Source: Patellaria atrata CBS 101060 (lineage: Eukaryota). From it: a stretch of DNA of 64,000 nt. Location of the stretch: assembly GCA_010093705.1 (NCBI GenBank), contig MU006103.1, positions 124,001-188,000 of the forward strand, in the 5' to 3' direction. Made by a program: the position numbers and the translations under genes. The notes under the pieces are model-generated. The model was not told the DNA's origin. It was given only the letters and a program-made list of their open reading frames with translations, and made no database searches. How positions within the stretch are numbered: the first letter of the stretch is position 1; each line of letters starts with the position of its first letter. Below are positions 22,916-37,393 of the stretch, one piece after another.

Positions 22916-25659
22916 ATGGCAACCCTTAATCTCTCAAATAATGGTCCTTCTATAACCAAGAGCTACCAATCAGTAGTAAACTCACCAAATCCTTCCGGTC
23001 CCGCCGCACAATCCCCGACATACGGACAATGGGCTGTTTTCTCAGTCGCAGCGCCTCTTGTGAATGCCTTCCAGCAGGATTCTGGAAAGGAGAGTCTTTT
23101 GAAAGTGCAAAGCACCGGAGGTACTTCAATATCATAATCCGTCTGGTGGTCATACTTGATGACTAACTTGTTTGAAGAGGGAGAGTTGGTAGATCTCATT
23201 GATGAGTTCTCAGACGGTAGAATCCAATTCGCATTCGTCAAAGTCAAGGACCCCAATACCACTCTCCCTAAGAATGTATTGATAGCTTGGGTAATTTATG
23301 ATAGATCTTCTATTTCCATGCTTCTGCTAACTAGACACTCCAGTGCGGCGAGGGCGTACCTGAGCGAACCAAGGGTTATTTTGGTAGTCACCTAGGTGCA
23401 GTTGCAAAGCTATTACATGTACACTTCACCGGATCCGAGTTTACAGTATCCTGTACTTACATAATTCTTCTAGGGTTACCATGTTCAAATCACCGCCCGC
23501 TCAGATCGAGATCTCACCCCCGAGGGTATTGTACAGAAGGTCGCTGATGCCTCAGGGTCCAAATATTCAGGGGGTGGTGCTCCCCCTTTATCTTCTAGCG
23601 GTCCAGCTCCTCCCATCTCCTCAAAACCAGTCTTTACTCCTACACGAGTTGGGGGTGGTGGTGGATTCAATGCTCTAGCATCGCGCACAAGAGCCAGCGC
23701 TCCCCAGGACAACAATGCAGATGAAGACGGCTGGGGTGTGGACGCCCCTCCAATTACGCGTACGCAATTGGAAAAAGTAGCCCCAGCATACAAACCAACA
23801 AAGGTGAACATCAATGAGCTTACATCCCAGAAACAAGAGCCATCTCGGTTTTCAGCTCCAAAGGCAGATTCTGGTTCAAGCGATGTAGTAAAGGGGGGCT
23901 ACCAACCAATTGGAAAGGTCGATATCGCAGCACTCCGCAGACAAGCCAAGGAAACTAGTAGTGCAGGAGATGATAGACCTACTGTTGTGAAAGGTGCCTA
24001 TGAACCAGTGGGAAAGGTAGACATTGCCGCTATTCGTGCTCGAGCACAGGGACCTTCAGGTGGTGTATCTCCGCAGAACTTGTCCCCAGCCATCACGGGA
24101 GCGTCAGGGCGGAGTGATGAGCATGAAGCCCCAAAATCACTTGCAGATCGCTCCTCAGCATTTAGTCAGTCCGAACGTTTAACATCCCTACCGAAGCCGA
24201 AAGTATCGAACCGTTTTGGATCTGGCTCAAGTAACTATACCGGGACGAAGGCACCGACCCCCGGAGGCTTCACGGCGAAACCTGTGGCTGCCGCAGCCCC
24301 TGTTGGTACGGCCAGCAAAACGTTCGCTGATGAGGGAGGGAAGACACCAGCTCAGATCTGGGCAGAGAAGAAAGCACGTGAGAAAGGTACGAGTGGCCCA
24401 ACAGACAAACCACTATCCTCATTTGGTCAGCCAGCTTCTCCAGTAAGTGGCCAGAAGAGCGGCGAAGGTGGATGGAGGAGCGGCTACTCTGGAAAGTCCT
24501 GGGCTCCCGTTCAGACAACCCGAACTGGGCAATCAGCCGCCAGCAACGTCAGCGCTCAAAAGACCGGCGAGGAAGAAGTCCCGTCTTCTCCAAGCGGAGG
24601 TATCGGCTCCATCCGCGACCGCTTCAACAACGCCCCTCCCATGGGCGCACCTTCCAGCGGGAGCTTCTCCCAAGACGCCCCTCCACCTCCAATGGATTTC
24701 TCTAGCAAACCCAACGCGACCCGTGGTATCCCCATTCCAGGCCTACCTACCCGACCCAAATCCCCCGAACCCGAATACGAGGACGAACAGCCTGCGGAAC
24801 AACACCAACGTGTCCCGTCACCACCCCCGGTCCCACGCAGTCCTACTCCCCCGACCCCTCCCGCCATGCGTCCGAGTTCCCCAGTCCGCATCGCCATGCC
24901 CGTCTCCCGCACTCAAGAACCCCTATCCCCGCCAGACGAGCGGTTCTCACCCCCGCCCATGCCCATCGAGTCCCTCGCCCAAGCCGCAAACCAATCCCGC
25001 AAAATGCCCCCCGAGCCTCAAGTCGAGGCACACGATCCCGCACGCACAGCCGGCGTCGCCGCAGCAGCCGCAACTTTTGGTGCCGCCGCGGGAGCCGCCG
25101 TGGGATCAGGAGCAGGCGAAGGCGGTACCAAAGGCAAACGCGCCATCGCGGAGTATGACTACGAGAAAGCGGAGGATAACGAGCTCGAGCTCACGGAGGG
25201 AAGCTTGGTTACTAATATCGAGATGGTGGATGATGATTGGTGGATGGGTCAAAATGAAAGGGGGGAGTCTGGGTTGTTTCCCAGTAACTATGTGCGGTTG
25301 GTCGAGGAAGAGGATGAGGGGGTTCGAGCGGATGAACCTGTGAGTGCGAGAGCGGCGCCGGAAGCACCGCCAGCGATGGAGGAGAGTGCTGCGGAGGGAC
25401 CAACGGCTACGGCGCAGTATGATTATGAGGCTGCGGAGGATAATGAGCTGAGTTTTCCGGATGGGGCGGTTATCACTAATTTGGTAAGTCCCTTGATCCT
25501 CGTAATTGCTGGGTAGACGGGGAAAAAGGGGAAGCAGTTTTGAGAGGGCATTTTGCTAATGGGCGTTTATAGGAGTTCCCGGATGACGATTGGTGGTTTG
25601 GAGAGTATAGGGGCAAGACGGGCTTGTTTCCTGCTAATTATGTCACGTTGAATGAGTAA
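22916..25659 (+). CDS. ABP1: Actin-binding protein Abp1/drebrin-like (ADF-H domain plus two SH3 domains)
   Basis: ADF-H domain (FSDGRIQFAFVKVKDPNTTLPKNVLIAW-CGEGVPERTKG). Pro-rich middle. Two SH3 domains (AEYDYEKAEDNEL...GLFPSNYV and AQYDYEAAEDNEL...GLFPANYV). Introns 23121-23177, 23291-23343, 23419-23473 and 25484-25572. Confidence 0.95.
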
Positions 25660-27664
25660 CGGGTTCCGGATGCGGTATGTGAAGGCTAGTTGGTGTATGG
25701 GTGAAGCTCGAATAGAGAATGGAGAAAGACTTGCCGTGGAATGAAAGTGAGTAACGGGATCGAAGCAGATATTGTAGGATGTATGATGGTTCCAGTGCGG
25801 CGAATGCGAGAATGACGTCCAAGGTGTCGTCCGCTACACCAAAAGATAGAATAGGAAGGACGTGTTTAGGTACTTCAAAGAAATCATATACTCAATAGCG
25901 TCTTTTCGGACAAGGTGAAGCTGAGACTGTGTTTAGCTAGCTGTAATATTCTTCTTGTTGTCTCCTATTGCAACGATGGCGCAATATCAACGCTTGCTTG
26001 TGCTTGGGTTTAGCTACTAGAAGCCTTCGTACTTGTCACTGAGAGTGCACATTGACCTGATCTTTTCTTAAATACCTTACTGGTCTATTGCCAGAAGGCG
26101 CTTTCTGCTCTTTTGACCGGAACTTTTCTGAGCGGTTGTGTCGGTGGTGTTTGGTTGGGTCTCTGAATGGGCTTTTTCAAGGGGTGGAGGAACCTCCTTC
26201 TTTGATTATGACCAAGTCACGGATTTGGGAAGCGTAGATTGGGTGGAGATGAGTTACCCAAACGCTGTGACGGATGTAATGTCGAATGCTGAAGTAAGAT
26301 CGTCAGGGGAAAGAGGAGGGTGCTGAAAGTGAAGAAGGAAATAGAGGAAGGGAAAGGGGCGAGTTTGGTTGTAGGGATGTGAGGTATGTTTTCCCCCTTT
26401 TAGACGTCATCGTGGTCGTAGCTGACCGAGGGAAATACACCCCTGTGTGTGGTTTACGCTGATATGATACAAACACACGTTTCTTTTTATTGAAAGAGGG
26501 AGTAATTGATAGTGGGGTGCTGACGAGATAGTTTCAACTCAGCTGTGTGAGGCCTAGATGCTGTTTTCGTGCCTCAGATCTGCTGTGGGTATTGGTATAT
26601 GCATGACAGTTCTGCTTTGGCCACTCTCTTATGACTGTTTTGGGGTGAAGGAAATCGGACATGGTGGATATGGATATTGGTATTGATTTGTATACTAGAC
26701 TTTTCTTAATGTGAAAATGCTTAAAAGGGTATGAGTGGACGACAAAAAGGGATCATGTTGATTATGGAAGCTTCAATATTTTGAGGAATATTTGATTGTT
26801 ACGATAGAACATGTTCACTCGTCCTCGCTATGCTAATACCCCAATTAATGAGTATCGATACAAGAATACTCTTCTCTCAAGCGTTATAACGAGATAGGTC
26901 CTCTTACATAGTTTAACGGTATCTCTTCAGCTTGGACTTGAATAGACAAAAAAAGCCGCACGAGCAAACTACCTTCGAGTGATAAAGGATAATGATCGAG
27001 ATAATTCGGAACAACCAAACTGTAATTTAGGGTATGAATAAAGGAATATGCCCCTACTCACCGTTCTAATCTCTTGATTTAAGTTTTTTTTTTTTACTTA
27101 TCGTTACAATATGAGTCAAGTTAAAGCCTCTTGAAGATATAACCGCCTTGTGCGATCTTCAACATCTTTCAAACATGACTCATTTTCCTTTTGCCGCGCT
27201 CTTTTTTCTATGAAAGAGCCTCAGCATATGGGTTTCTGAAATACTGGGTTCTATAACTGTTAGCAAGTTTCATCCCCGGATTGGGAATCGCCTGTCTGTA
27301 GCAGTTAATAATCTTTATGAGGAATCATAGCGAATGGATATCCCTAATGCTACATCACGCCAATACTAACGTGGCTTCAAAGGGACTCGCCGGAGGCCCT
27401 TTATTTGATGATTAGCAGCATCGACCACGGTATCTGCATTGTACTCCCTCTGGGAGTTCTATAAATACAATAGTCCGAGTTCTCAGTGCTCTTCCTCCAT
27501 CAGCAGCAAAACCTTTAAAGCAACAACTCTAATCGTAATTCCGGGCAGAACGCACAACGAAAATCCCTCCTCTGCAAAGAAGATAATCTCTACCTCCCAC
27601 GATTAAAACTCCATATACTTACCCTCGGCCCCTAATCACCACTAACCCCCCCAAAACAATCAAG

Positions 27665-28009
27665 ATGTGCAAAAGTAGGGAAATATCTTGGAAAGCATGC
27701 GGCTATATATCTGATAATCGATTACCTTGTGCGAACTCACCTGTACCCCGGAAAGCTTGCCAGAACTTCTCTTTGGAGCTATGGTCGGAAGAAGAGGGAT
27801 GGTGTCCGATCTGTGAAAGAACCATCCGTATGCGGGTTTCCAGTGATCCCGAATGCGGAGAATGCGGCTGCCGCTGTGCTTTAGAGTCTGTTTCTGGTCC
27901 GGGCGACTTTTCCGCTGCTGGTAGTTCTTCCAGCACTGGTGGTGCGTCTGACGCTGGAGTTGCATTGAGGGGAAAGGATTATGAAGTTAAGTCCAGGGGG
28001 TTTCATTGA
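27665..28009 (+). CDS. Small Cys-rich hypothetical protein (MC-x9-CGY...CPIC)
   Basis: 114-aa ORF with aagATG context, preceded by a TATAAA (~27460) and a pyrimidine-rich leader. Cys spacing is shared with the ORF at 28857. Confidence 0.55.
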   Translation: MCKSREISWKACGYISDNRLPCANSPVPRKACQNFSLELWSEEEGWCPICERTIRMRVSSDPECGECGCRCALESVSGPGDFSAAGSSSSTGGASDAGVALRGKDYEVKSRGFH

Positions 28010-28856
28010 AGGTTGTTTTATTGGTAGTGTGATATTGCGGGTCTGACCTTTGGATATTGGCATACGTAAGGGTGATTATGCCTTGAATACTCATTTAGCA
28101 TCTCTTTTATGTCTGATTTAGCTGAAGAAGAATGCGACTGCCGGACTTGGATGTCGGTATTCATATGTATATTAGACTTTTAGGTAATGCTGAAAAAGTC
28201 TCAATGGAGAATAACTACATGATATGAAGCGGTTTGAAGTGATTTCTGAGGTGAGGTAGAAATAATTATAGATCTGAATCGTCAAGATACGGGGAACGGG
28301 GATATGCACATAGGATTTTGTGACAACTCACCCCAAATCTCATGAGCCGCGTTGGGTCCCTGGAAGAAAAGGTTATCGTGGACAGTGGTCTTGATAGATA
28401 TATCAAGCTTTGGCGTGGCTATTGGTGTATGAACGTAACTTCCTGAGATTGATACCGGATCGATATCTGTTACAATGAGGCGCGTTTTAGCAAACAACAG
28501 ACATCATCTTGCGCCAGCATAGGCGAAGATACCTGTTCGGTTCCAATCTCCACTAATCACACTATAGGATGGCCGTCAAGTTTGCCTCCTCAACACATAT
28601 ATGAAACCCAAATGTATACTTGTATCTCCGTACTTCTCATTACCATCCGCTTCAAAGGTGTTAAAACGCAAGGTATCCTGTAGTAAAATCAGCCGCAGTC
28701 AATCTACTATAAAGTCAACCGTACGGGTTCACTTCCCTCCAGATATTATAACTCTAGGTATTCACACAATTTTTCTCAGGCTTGAACGACTTTCCTCCCT
28801 CTAGAGCATTTCCGCCACCGCTGTACTTACTAATCCCGCGTTACGCTAAGTCAAGC

Positions 28857-29099
28857 ATGTGTGAAATAGTTTTGGCTCACTTCCCCAAGTGCGGACACAC
28901 AATACGCAGACGTAATAACCCATGCGCAGATGGTCAAAGGTTGACGGACATAGGTCGCCTTTGCCCAGTATTCACTAGTAGGGCAATTACATAGTCTTGG
29001 ACCAAATGCTACAACTGCCAGGTCCACCAGGATTACCTTACCCAGCGATCTGATCATAATGCGCGAAATAATGGTTATGGGGAGTCTGAAGACTACTGA
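28857..29099 (+). pseudogene. Small Cys-rich protein (MC-x9-CGH...CYNC) interrupted by one in-frame TAG
   Basis: MCEIVLAHFPKCGHTIRRRNNPCADGQRLTDIGRLCPVFTSRAIT*SWTKCYNCQVHQDY...EDY*, with TAG at 28992-28994. A TATAAA lies upstream at ~28708. Confidence 0.5.
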
Positions 29100-30005
29100 C
29101 TGAGAGAAACAACATCGCTGGTATGAAGACGAAAAAAGGGGGACGAGTAAAGGAAAACAATTGTTAGATAGTACACTTACAACTGGTATTGGTATACAAC
29201 TATTGGCTTACCGTTCTTTCGTATCTGCAATTTTCATATTCGATTTTTCAAGGATTAGAAGATCTGAAACTGAGAGCAACATATATTAGGTTCACGGTTA
29301 TGTTGACCAAAGACACGAAAGAGAATGCACGGTTAAGACGAATGTTTTAAAAATACAGAACGTCTGGACGAATGGTATGGAGTAGCAGAATCGGTGTAAG
29401 TATTCAGGGTAGGTGATAGAAGTGACGTAAAAGTAGGCTTGAAACGTACTGTACAAAGGAGAACTAGAACAAACATTGAAGCCTTAATCGACTTAGGACT
29501 ACCCACCAATGAAGACAGTCAATGCAAATATAGGCGAAAGCAGCATTCATACCCATGCGAACTATTGTTTTGGGATTTATATTCCTTTTGGCATTCTGTG
29601 GCTGGCCCATAGAAGTGCAGCTGAACTTTTGGACAGGGGTGCTCTCCTCGGAACCTGCGTGTGCCTCTTCTCATTTTGGACGTGATAATGTGCATGCATT
29701 CTTTACGCCAGCCACGAAGGGATGGTTTACTGCACTTTTGAAAGGACTTTGATCTTACAGGTTACTAGTCTCGAACATACTCTGCGTATGATATCATTCA
29801 ATACTGCAATTGATAATTCAGGTAACCACAGAGAATCCCAAGAATGCGGCTACTCAATACTCGGCGTGAGACAAATGTACAAGACGGTTGTTTGAACTAT
29901 ACTGTGCGGTTTGCGAGCATTGTAGTGTGAATATAAAAGATGGTGTCGTTCGTGCTGTTTCTCGCTGCAAAGCCGCAAGCCCGGTGAGTGATTATTATAC
30001 TCATC

Positions 30006-31939
30006 ATGATTCAAATAATCTTCCTTCTCTGTATTTGGACCTGCATTTCAACAGGTCAGCAAATCTATAACCTTACACTTCCATGGGGGACATGGGAGGG
30101 GGTCCCGTACTCAAATAATGACGAGGTAAGTACACAGCCGGTCGCCTCATATGGGTGTCTGGAACTCTGTGCCACGTCGCGTATATCTAAGTTTGGAAGT
30201 TATTATATTAACACTTCATATCAGCTGTACATATTCCGAAATGTACGTTTCGGAAGCCAACCGGTTCGGTTCGGCCCATCCCAGGCGCCTACGCAGAAGA
30301 ATTCGTCGATCCAGAATAGCACTTACGGGCCCAGCTGTTATCAAATCGATATAGCAAATCTCAAAACCCCGGACCCGCCAGGAGGTAAACCCGGCTATGG
30401 CAGCCCTATCACGACGCCTCCACCAGACTATCCTCAATCGGAAGACTGCCTCTTTCTTGATATTTATGTTCCTAAGAGTGCGCTTCAACCGAACGCTGCA
30501 CCGCTTCCAGTGGTAGTTTGGTTCTATGGTGGAGCATATGTTTATGGTAATAAGCTCCAGTTCGGGCCTCCCTATCCAATGTACACCGGCCAGGGAATCA
30601 TGGAACAAGCTCAGAACATGAACATGATATGGGTGGTTGGCAACTATCGACTCGGAGCATTTGGTTGGCTAGCTGGTTCGTACATGGAAAAGGCCGGGCT
30701 TCCAAATGCAGGTCTACATGACCAGCGTTTGCTACTACAGTGGGTGCAGACCTATATCAGTCAGGTCGGCGGTGACCCCAAAGCTGTAAGCGCGTGGGGG
30801 GAGTCCGCAGGAGCAGGTTCTATTCTCCACCACCTCATAGGGAACAACGGCCAGCAAGACCCGTTATTTTCGAAAGCGTTGCTACAGAGTCCTGCCTTCG
30901 AGTGGCAATGGGACCGTGAAGGGACTCTAAATGAGATATTCAGCAATTTTTCTAGTTTTACTCCGTGTGGTAAAGGATTCGACATCGAGTGTCTCCGAGA
31001 TCTTCCCATTGATAATATCACTTATGCCAACTTAAACCTTTTCACAACAGTCCATCAAACTGGACTTTTCCCAGTTGGTCCTTCTGTGGACGGGACATGG
31101 ATTCAAGACATACCTGCTGTTCAATTTGCTTCTGGTAAGCTTGCCACATGTCACTTTCTGAGGGTGTCGCTGATCATCTATAAGGGAGGTACTGGCAAGA
31201 GCTCAACTCGATCATGGTATCGCATGTGGCAGATGAGAGTGGCAGTTTCACCCCTTCTTATGTTGACTCCAGTTCCAGTTTCAATCAATTCCTTTGTGAC
31301 TTCATGCCGGAGTCCAAACTTTCGGGAGTGAGAGACGAGATTAAAAAGCAATACGATTGTACACAAACTCCGTACAATGGGAACTGGACTTACTGCGTTA
31401 GCATTTTGATCCGCGATTCAACCTTCACTTGTAATACTCGACAACTATACGACGCTTACCAAGGAAAGGCATACATGATGCAGTACTCATTTCCAGCACC
31501 GTATGGAGCAGATGCTCGCCACGCGACGGATTTAGTCCCGACCTTCGTCAACAGCAATACTAACATCACAGATTTGCTGATAAACATAGGGAATATTTCA
31601 CCCGGCCAAGCGAAGGAAGCGCAACAGGTGATCTCGAAGTTCCACCCGTATTATCAGAGTTACCTTGCATCCTACGCTGTGTACGGAGACCCGAATATGG
31701 CAGCCAAGAATAGTGTAAAGTGGCCGCTCGCTCAAGGGACGGGTGATCAAATACAGTCAGTATTACAGGCTAAATTCCAGCTTTCAACACCATTTCACCT
31801 ATTCTTCGATGTTATTTCTGATTCAATTAATACACAGTCGTCTTGTATGTTTTGGACCAAGCTTGCAGAAGAAATTTCCGATATTGGGAGCTTCGAGAGT
31901 CAAAAACCACCGTCTGACATCGGGAATCTAGAACTTTAG
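30006..31939 (+). CDS. Secreted type-B carboxylesterase/lipase
   Basis: Signal peptide. Motifs SEDCLFLDIYVP, WFYGGAY, NYRLGAFGWL and GESAG (Ser), plus ADE (acid) and RHATDL (His). Introns 30126-30224 and 31135-31184. Confidence 0.93.
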
Positions 31940-32143
31940 AATATCTATTTTGAAACACATAGTAAGGAGTGAAATTTAGATAGTTGAGTGGGATGTAGTT
32001 ATTTATAACCGATATGGAATAATGCCAAGCGATCTTATCAAATTAGTCAATCATGCATCTCCCAGAACCGTGACCATCTCTATTAGCTATTTCTTCGCGC
32101 ACCATTATTTCCAACCCTTCCATCAACTATCACTTGATCGTGA

Positions 32144-33545
<1,402 letters not shown>

Positions 33546-34569
33546 GATTTTGGGCATAGCTGGATATGATTGCATTTGCAGGCGTCTCCACTTGTTTTCA
33601 CCTAGATAAAGGAGGCCATGTATAAATATGATAGGACAACATGGAAGTCTGGGAGCAAGGGAGTCTCGCTCTCTCAAGCATCCAGGAGGAAAAACTCTCA
33701 GTTAGCAATCCTGATAACTTCGGAAAGTCCGATTAGAGCGAACTAGAATCCGACATGAAATACATATTTCCCCTTGTCACCGGAACAGCAGCAAGCCAAC
33801 ACTCTGTGCTCTGTACAGCTTCGTCTTACCGTACTAGACACCAACGAATGGTTTCTTCGTACGGGATCTCGTTTCACCTTGCCGTACCAAATACTCGTAG
33901 ACCCGTACCAGATCCGAGTCCCACTCTGTCATACGGGAAGCCGTCCAGCCTCCCCTGTCACGGTCCGCTGGATCTCCACGGCGGAATCCGGCCGAGAATT
34001 TCCCAACCGGCTTCCCGTAGTTATATTACTTTCTTGTTGTCGCATCGCGAACTATCCCCTCCCCATAAAATGTACCTCCCGCTGTATTGTACAATAAGTT
34101 CAGCACGTACCAATAGATCCTATGCGCAAGTAGTACTAAACCGTGCATAAATTCCAGAATCGACGATATCTCAGTTGAACAGCCGGCCAGTAAGCATTCA
34201 GCAAGTTTACGCACCAGGTGACGGAGTACTAATTCCCTTTGTTTCCTTCTCTCAGCTGTATCATAACCTCAACAGTTTACTCACGGTCAGCAATTTTGCA
34301 TTCACAACGGTCTTCAACAAAATTGCGATTGATAAATTCATTGATTGATGATTGAATACTGTTTTAATTTCAAAAATACCCTTCTGGGGCATTGTACGTT
34401 TAGCTTTGCTATTGGACGCTAACTGTCCGTAATCTGAAACGACTCGACGACATTACATAGAGGCAAGAGTAGTGTAGAGACAGTTAAGAAGAAGAAAACA
34501 TTGCCATGATCAACACAAAGACCCGAAATGAACGTGAATTAGTCGAAAGCTTGGAAATGCAGTCTTCAT

Positions 34570-35872
34570 TCAACCCTTGATAGCACGAACCATTGCGGTG
34601 TAATAGTCATTTGGCACTTTGAACAGAACGTCAGCTCAGAAACGGAGCAGAAGTGCGGATGGGAGACTCACTATGGTATCTTATCTTTATAACGGTGTCA
34701 ATAAGATCCTTCATTGTTTTGATGTCATAAGGAGGTGCTGGAGGAAGGTGTCGTTCGGTAGGGATAGGCTCGGGGTTTTTGTCCTTGAAGATTCGCATAC
34801 CATCATCAATGTGATAAAAGTCGAGCTGCGCAGGCTTTATCATCGTAGGAGGCACCTGTGGTACGATGTCCTTATCATTTACGATCCTCCAGGATCGACC
34901 TCGTTGCCAACCGACTAGGTTGAGGGTCATTTCTGACCATTCTTCGCAACCGACCCTAGGAGCACCAAAAGTGTATTCATCACCCATGAAGAAGAATATG
35001 TTGGATGGAGTTTCTGGCGCTACATCAATGAGAAGTTGGCTATAGCAGAACTGGGAGTAAGATCCCCCGAGGGAGTGGCCAGTCACATGTGTTGGAATGG
35101 CGCCACCTACAGTGTTCGGTAATGCTTTAGCCAACTCGTTGAGCCTGCTCTTGATGTGGGTGTAGGGGGGGTTCCAGGGGGGTTCGAAATCACCAAATAA
35201 GCCCGTATAAACGCCGATGGATACCCGTTTGTTCTCAAGGTATTTCTCGGCTGGTTGCAAATCGTAGCTTTCGTCGACTTTCACCTCAAGCAAGTTTAGG
35301 GGATTTGTACCTTTGAAAGCAAGACCCATAAACGGTCTTTCCTTCTGAGCACTTCTCGTGATAAATGCTCCACAGAAAGGTCCATCCCAATCCACATGAC
35401 CATCCGGATGTTTATCAATCAGATCTGAGAGAACCACAAAATCCATGTCCCATTTGTCGGCCAATTTGTCAATGTCTGTGAAAGCCTCTTCATATAGTGA
35501 AAGCGCTAAGTCGAACTTTGCTATATCAGTGCCATTGCCGTTCTTGAATTCGCGATAGGTTATCCAAGATTTTTGATATTTGCCCCAATCTCGCAAATAC
35601 ACACCCATGCTCTCCATGAAAGGTAAGAAGGCTACTTTCCAATCGATGTCTTGTTTCTCGTGGTACACTCGAGCTTCCATAGCATTTTGCATACTCTCCT
35701 TGTTGTCTGTGCTCCATTTCTCGAGGATTGCCAGAGCGATTCCGCAGTCAAAATCGAGATCTGACTCAGGTGGCGTTGGTTTCGAAGGCGGTTCATAATG
35801 TGAAAGACGTTCCAAATTCTCTTTGGCAAATTGTTGTTTGAGTTCCGAGATGTCAGCTGGAGCCGTCGCCAT
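34570..35872 (-). CDS. Class 3 lipase-like alpha/beta hydrolase, no signal peptide
   Basis: AFKGT, VTGHSLGG, YTFGAPRVG and RIVNDKDIVPQVP motifs. Intron 34617-34671. Last exon supplies H-MPNDYYTAMVRAIKG*. Confidence 0.9.
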
Positions 35873-37393
35873 GATCGAAGTGGTATTGTAGTTGGGTTCT
35901 TAAAAAGTTAACTGTGAACGAATCCTTTGGCGTCAAGTTCTGGGTCTTATTTGTATATTCTTAATCACACAGGAGTCCTTTCGCGTGTCGCACTAGCCAG
36001 TTCGAAGTCAAATCTCCATGCCAAACCATTGGGAGCTGAATTCCTCAGTCTGCATATGGGAAAAAGTAGGAAGACTACAGGTCCTGGTCCAGAACGTTAG
36101 ATCTCCAACTACGTGTTGTCATGATAGGTAATGCATGTATCTACCTCTCGCTAAACTTTTCTTAGTTGAAGCAATCGTTAGAATTCAGCCAGCCATGTAA
36201 TAAGAGCAGAGACCTCGATTCAGACGCTGGTAACGTGGAAATATCGTTTTCTGTCAACCGAATATACCCTTGCTCTTATCAAGTAACTATGAATGCTATT
36301 CGGCAGAAACATTTACTGAAGATTGTCAAGTTGATATTCTGTGACTGCATATGTCCGAGCCGACATTTTTAGCGTGTCTCGCATGGAAGTTGCATAAGTC
36401 TAATTGGTAGAGATAGGTTCTTTAGAGAGAGAACCTCATGTTGTGAAGATCAGCCACACTAGAGGTCCAGCTGTAAATTTTCCCACTGTGGCGCTCCGGG
36501 TACACCCGTCCTGCAGATTGACCAGTGACCGTTGGACTTCTCGCTTGAACTTCTCTATCTGATTCTAAGCACGGAGGAGCTGAAGTGGAGCCCAAGCCTC
36601 TTGACATCATTTTGCCAGTGGCATACTTTCCAATGGGATTCACGTACTTTTCCATGTGGACATCGTTATCGATTTCGGTCATGTCCGATAGTCATAAGCA
36701 GTAGTATCGAGATTCGCGAATGATATATAGCTCTCGTTTTCGAACACTTCGTGTGGCTCTGCGGACGTGCATTATCACAGACATGTGATCCAAGGTTGGT
36801 AAGAACTGGAGCTGAATATATGATTTTGTTGTGTAAATCCAACTGCAGTACACATATCTTCTACATTCTCAGGTAGCCACAATTGCTGCAATTATGTTCG
36901 ATATCCTACAGAAACTTGGATAACCCTGATAATAGCGCTTTTAGCATGATTCTAGGTCCAATGGAGGAAGCAATTCAACCCACCACCATTGTTCTCCACA
37001 CTCCAAACGATTGACAGCAAGGCCAAGAATTATCTTGCCCTCAGACCACCACCGCATCATATGAGTGGCTTTCTGGGGCTAGCTGGACACCTTCAGAACA
37101 TGCGTAAGATTGTAGAGTTTTCCACAGGAGGTTGCAATTTCTGCGTTCTGGAACCGGCAGAATGGCGTCTAGAACTTTGACAATATGGCACAATCCGCGA
37201 TTCGGGCGGATTTCAGGTGCTTCGTTGTGTTGAAGACTTGTTCCTTTAGGTGATGTTGGGGACAGTAGTTTCTCTATAAAGCACCGTCACATCCCCTATC
37301 TTCTGTTAGTACTTTAGAACTCTTAAGACATATTGATTGTTGAATACCTATCCACGTAAAAGAAACTCAACTGATCGATATCTTAAAACCAAG

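Noticed and set aside
24447..25343. 298-aa alternative-frame ORF inside ABP1
   Set aside because: It is a by-product of GC/Pro-rich coding sequence, with a GTG start and no motifs.
33755..34150. 131-aa ORF starting MKYIFPLV, possible secreted protein
   Set aside because: The hydrophobic core is weak, there are no motifs, and overlapping frames compete. I cannot support it as a gene.
36422..36682. 86-aa ORF between the lipase and lectin genes
   Set aside because: No recognisable family or consistent splice model. It may be a relic.
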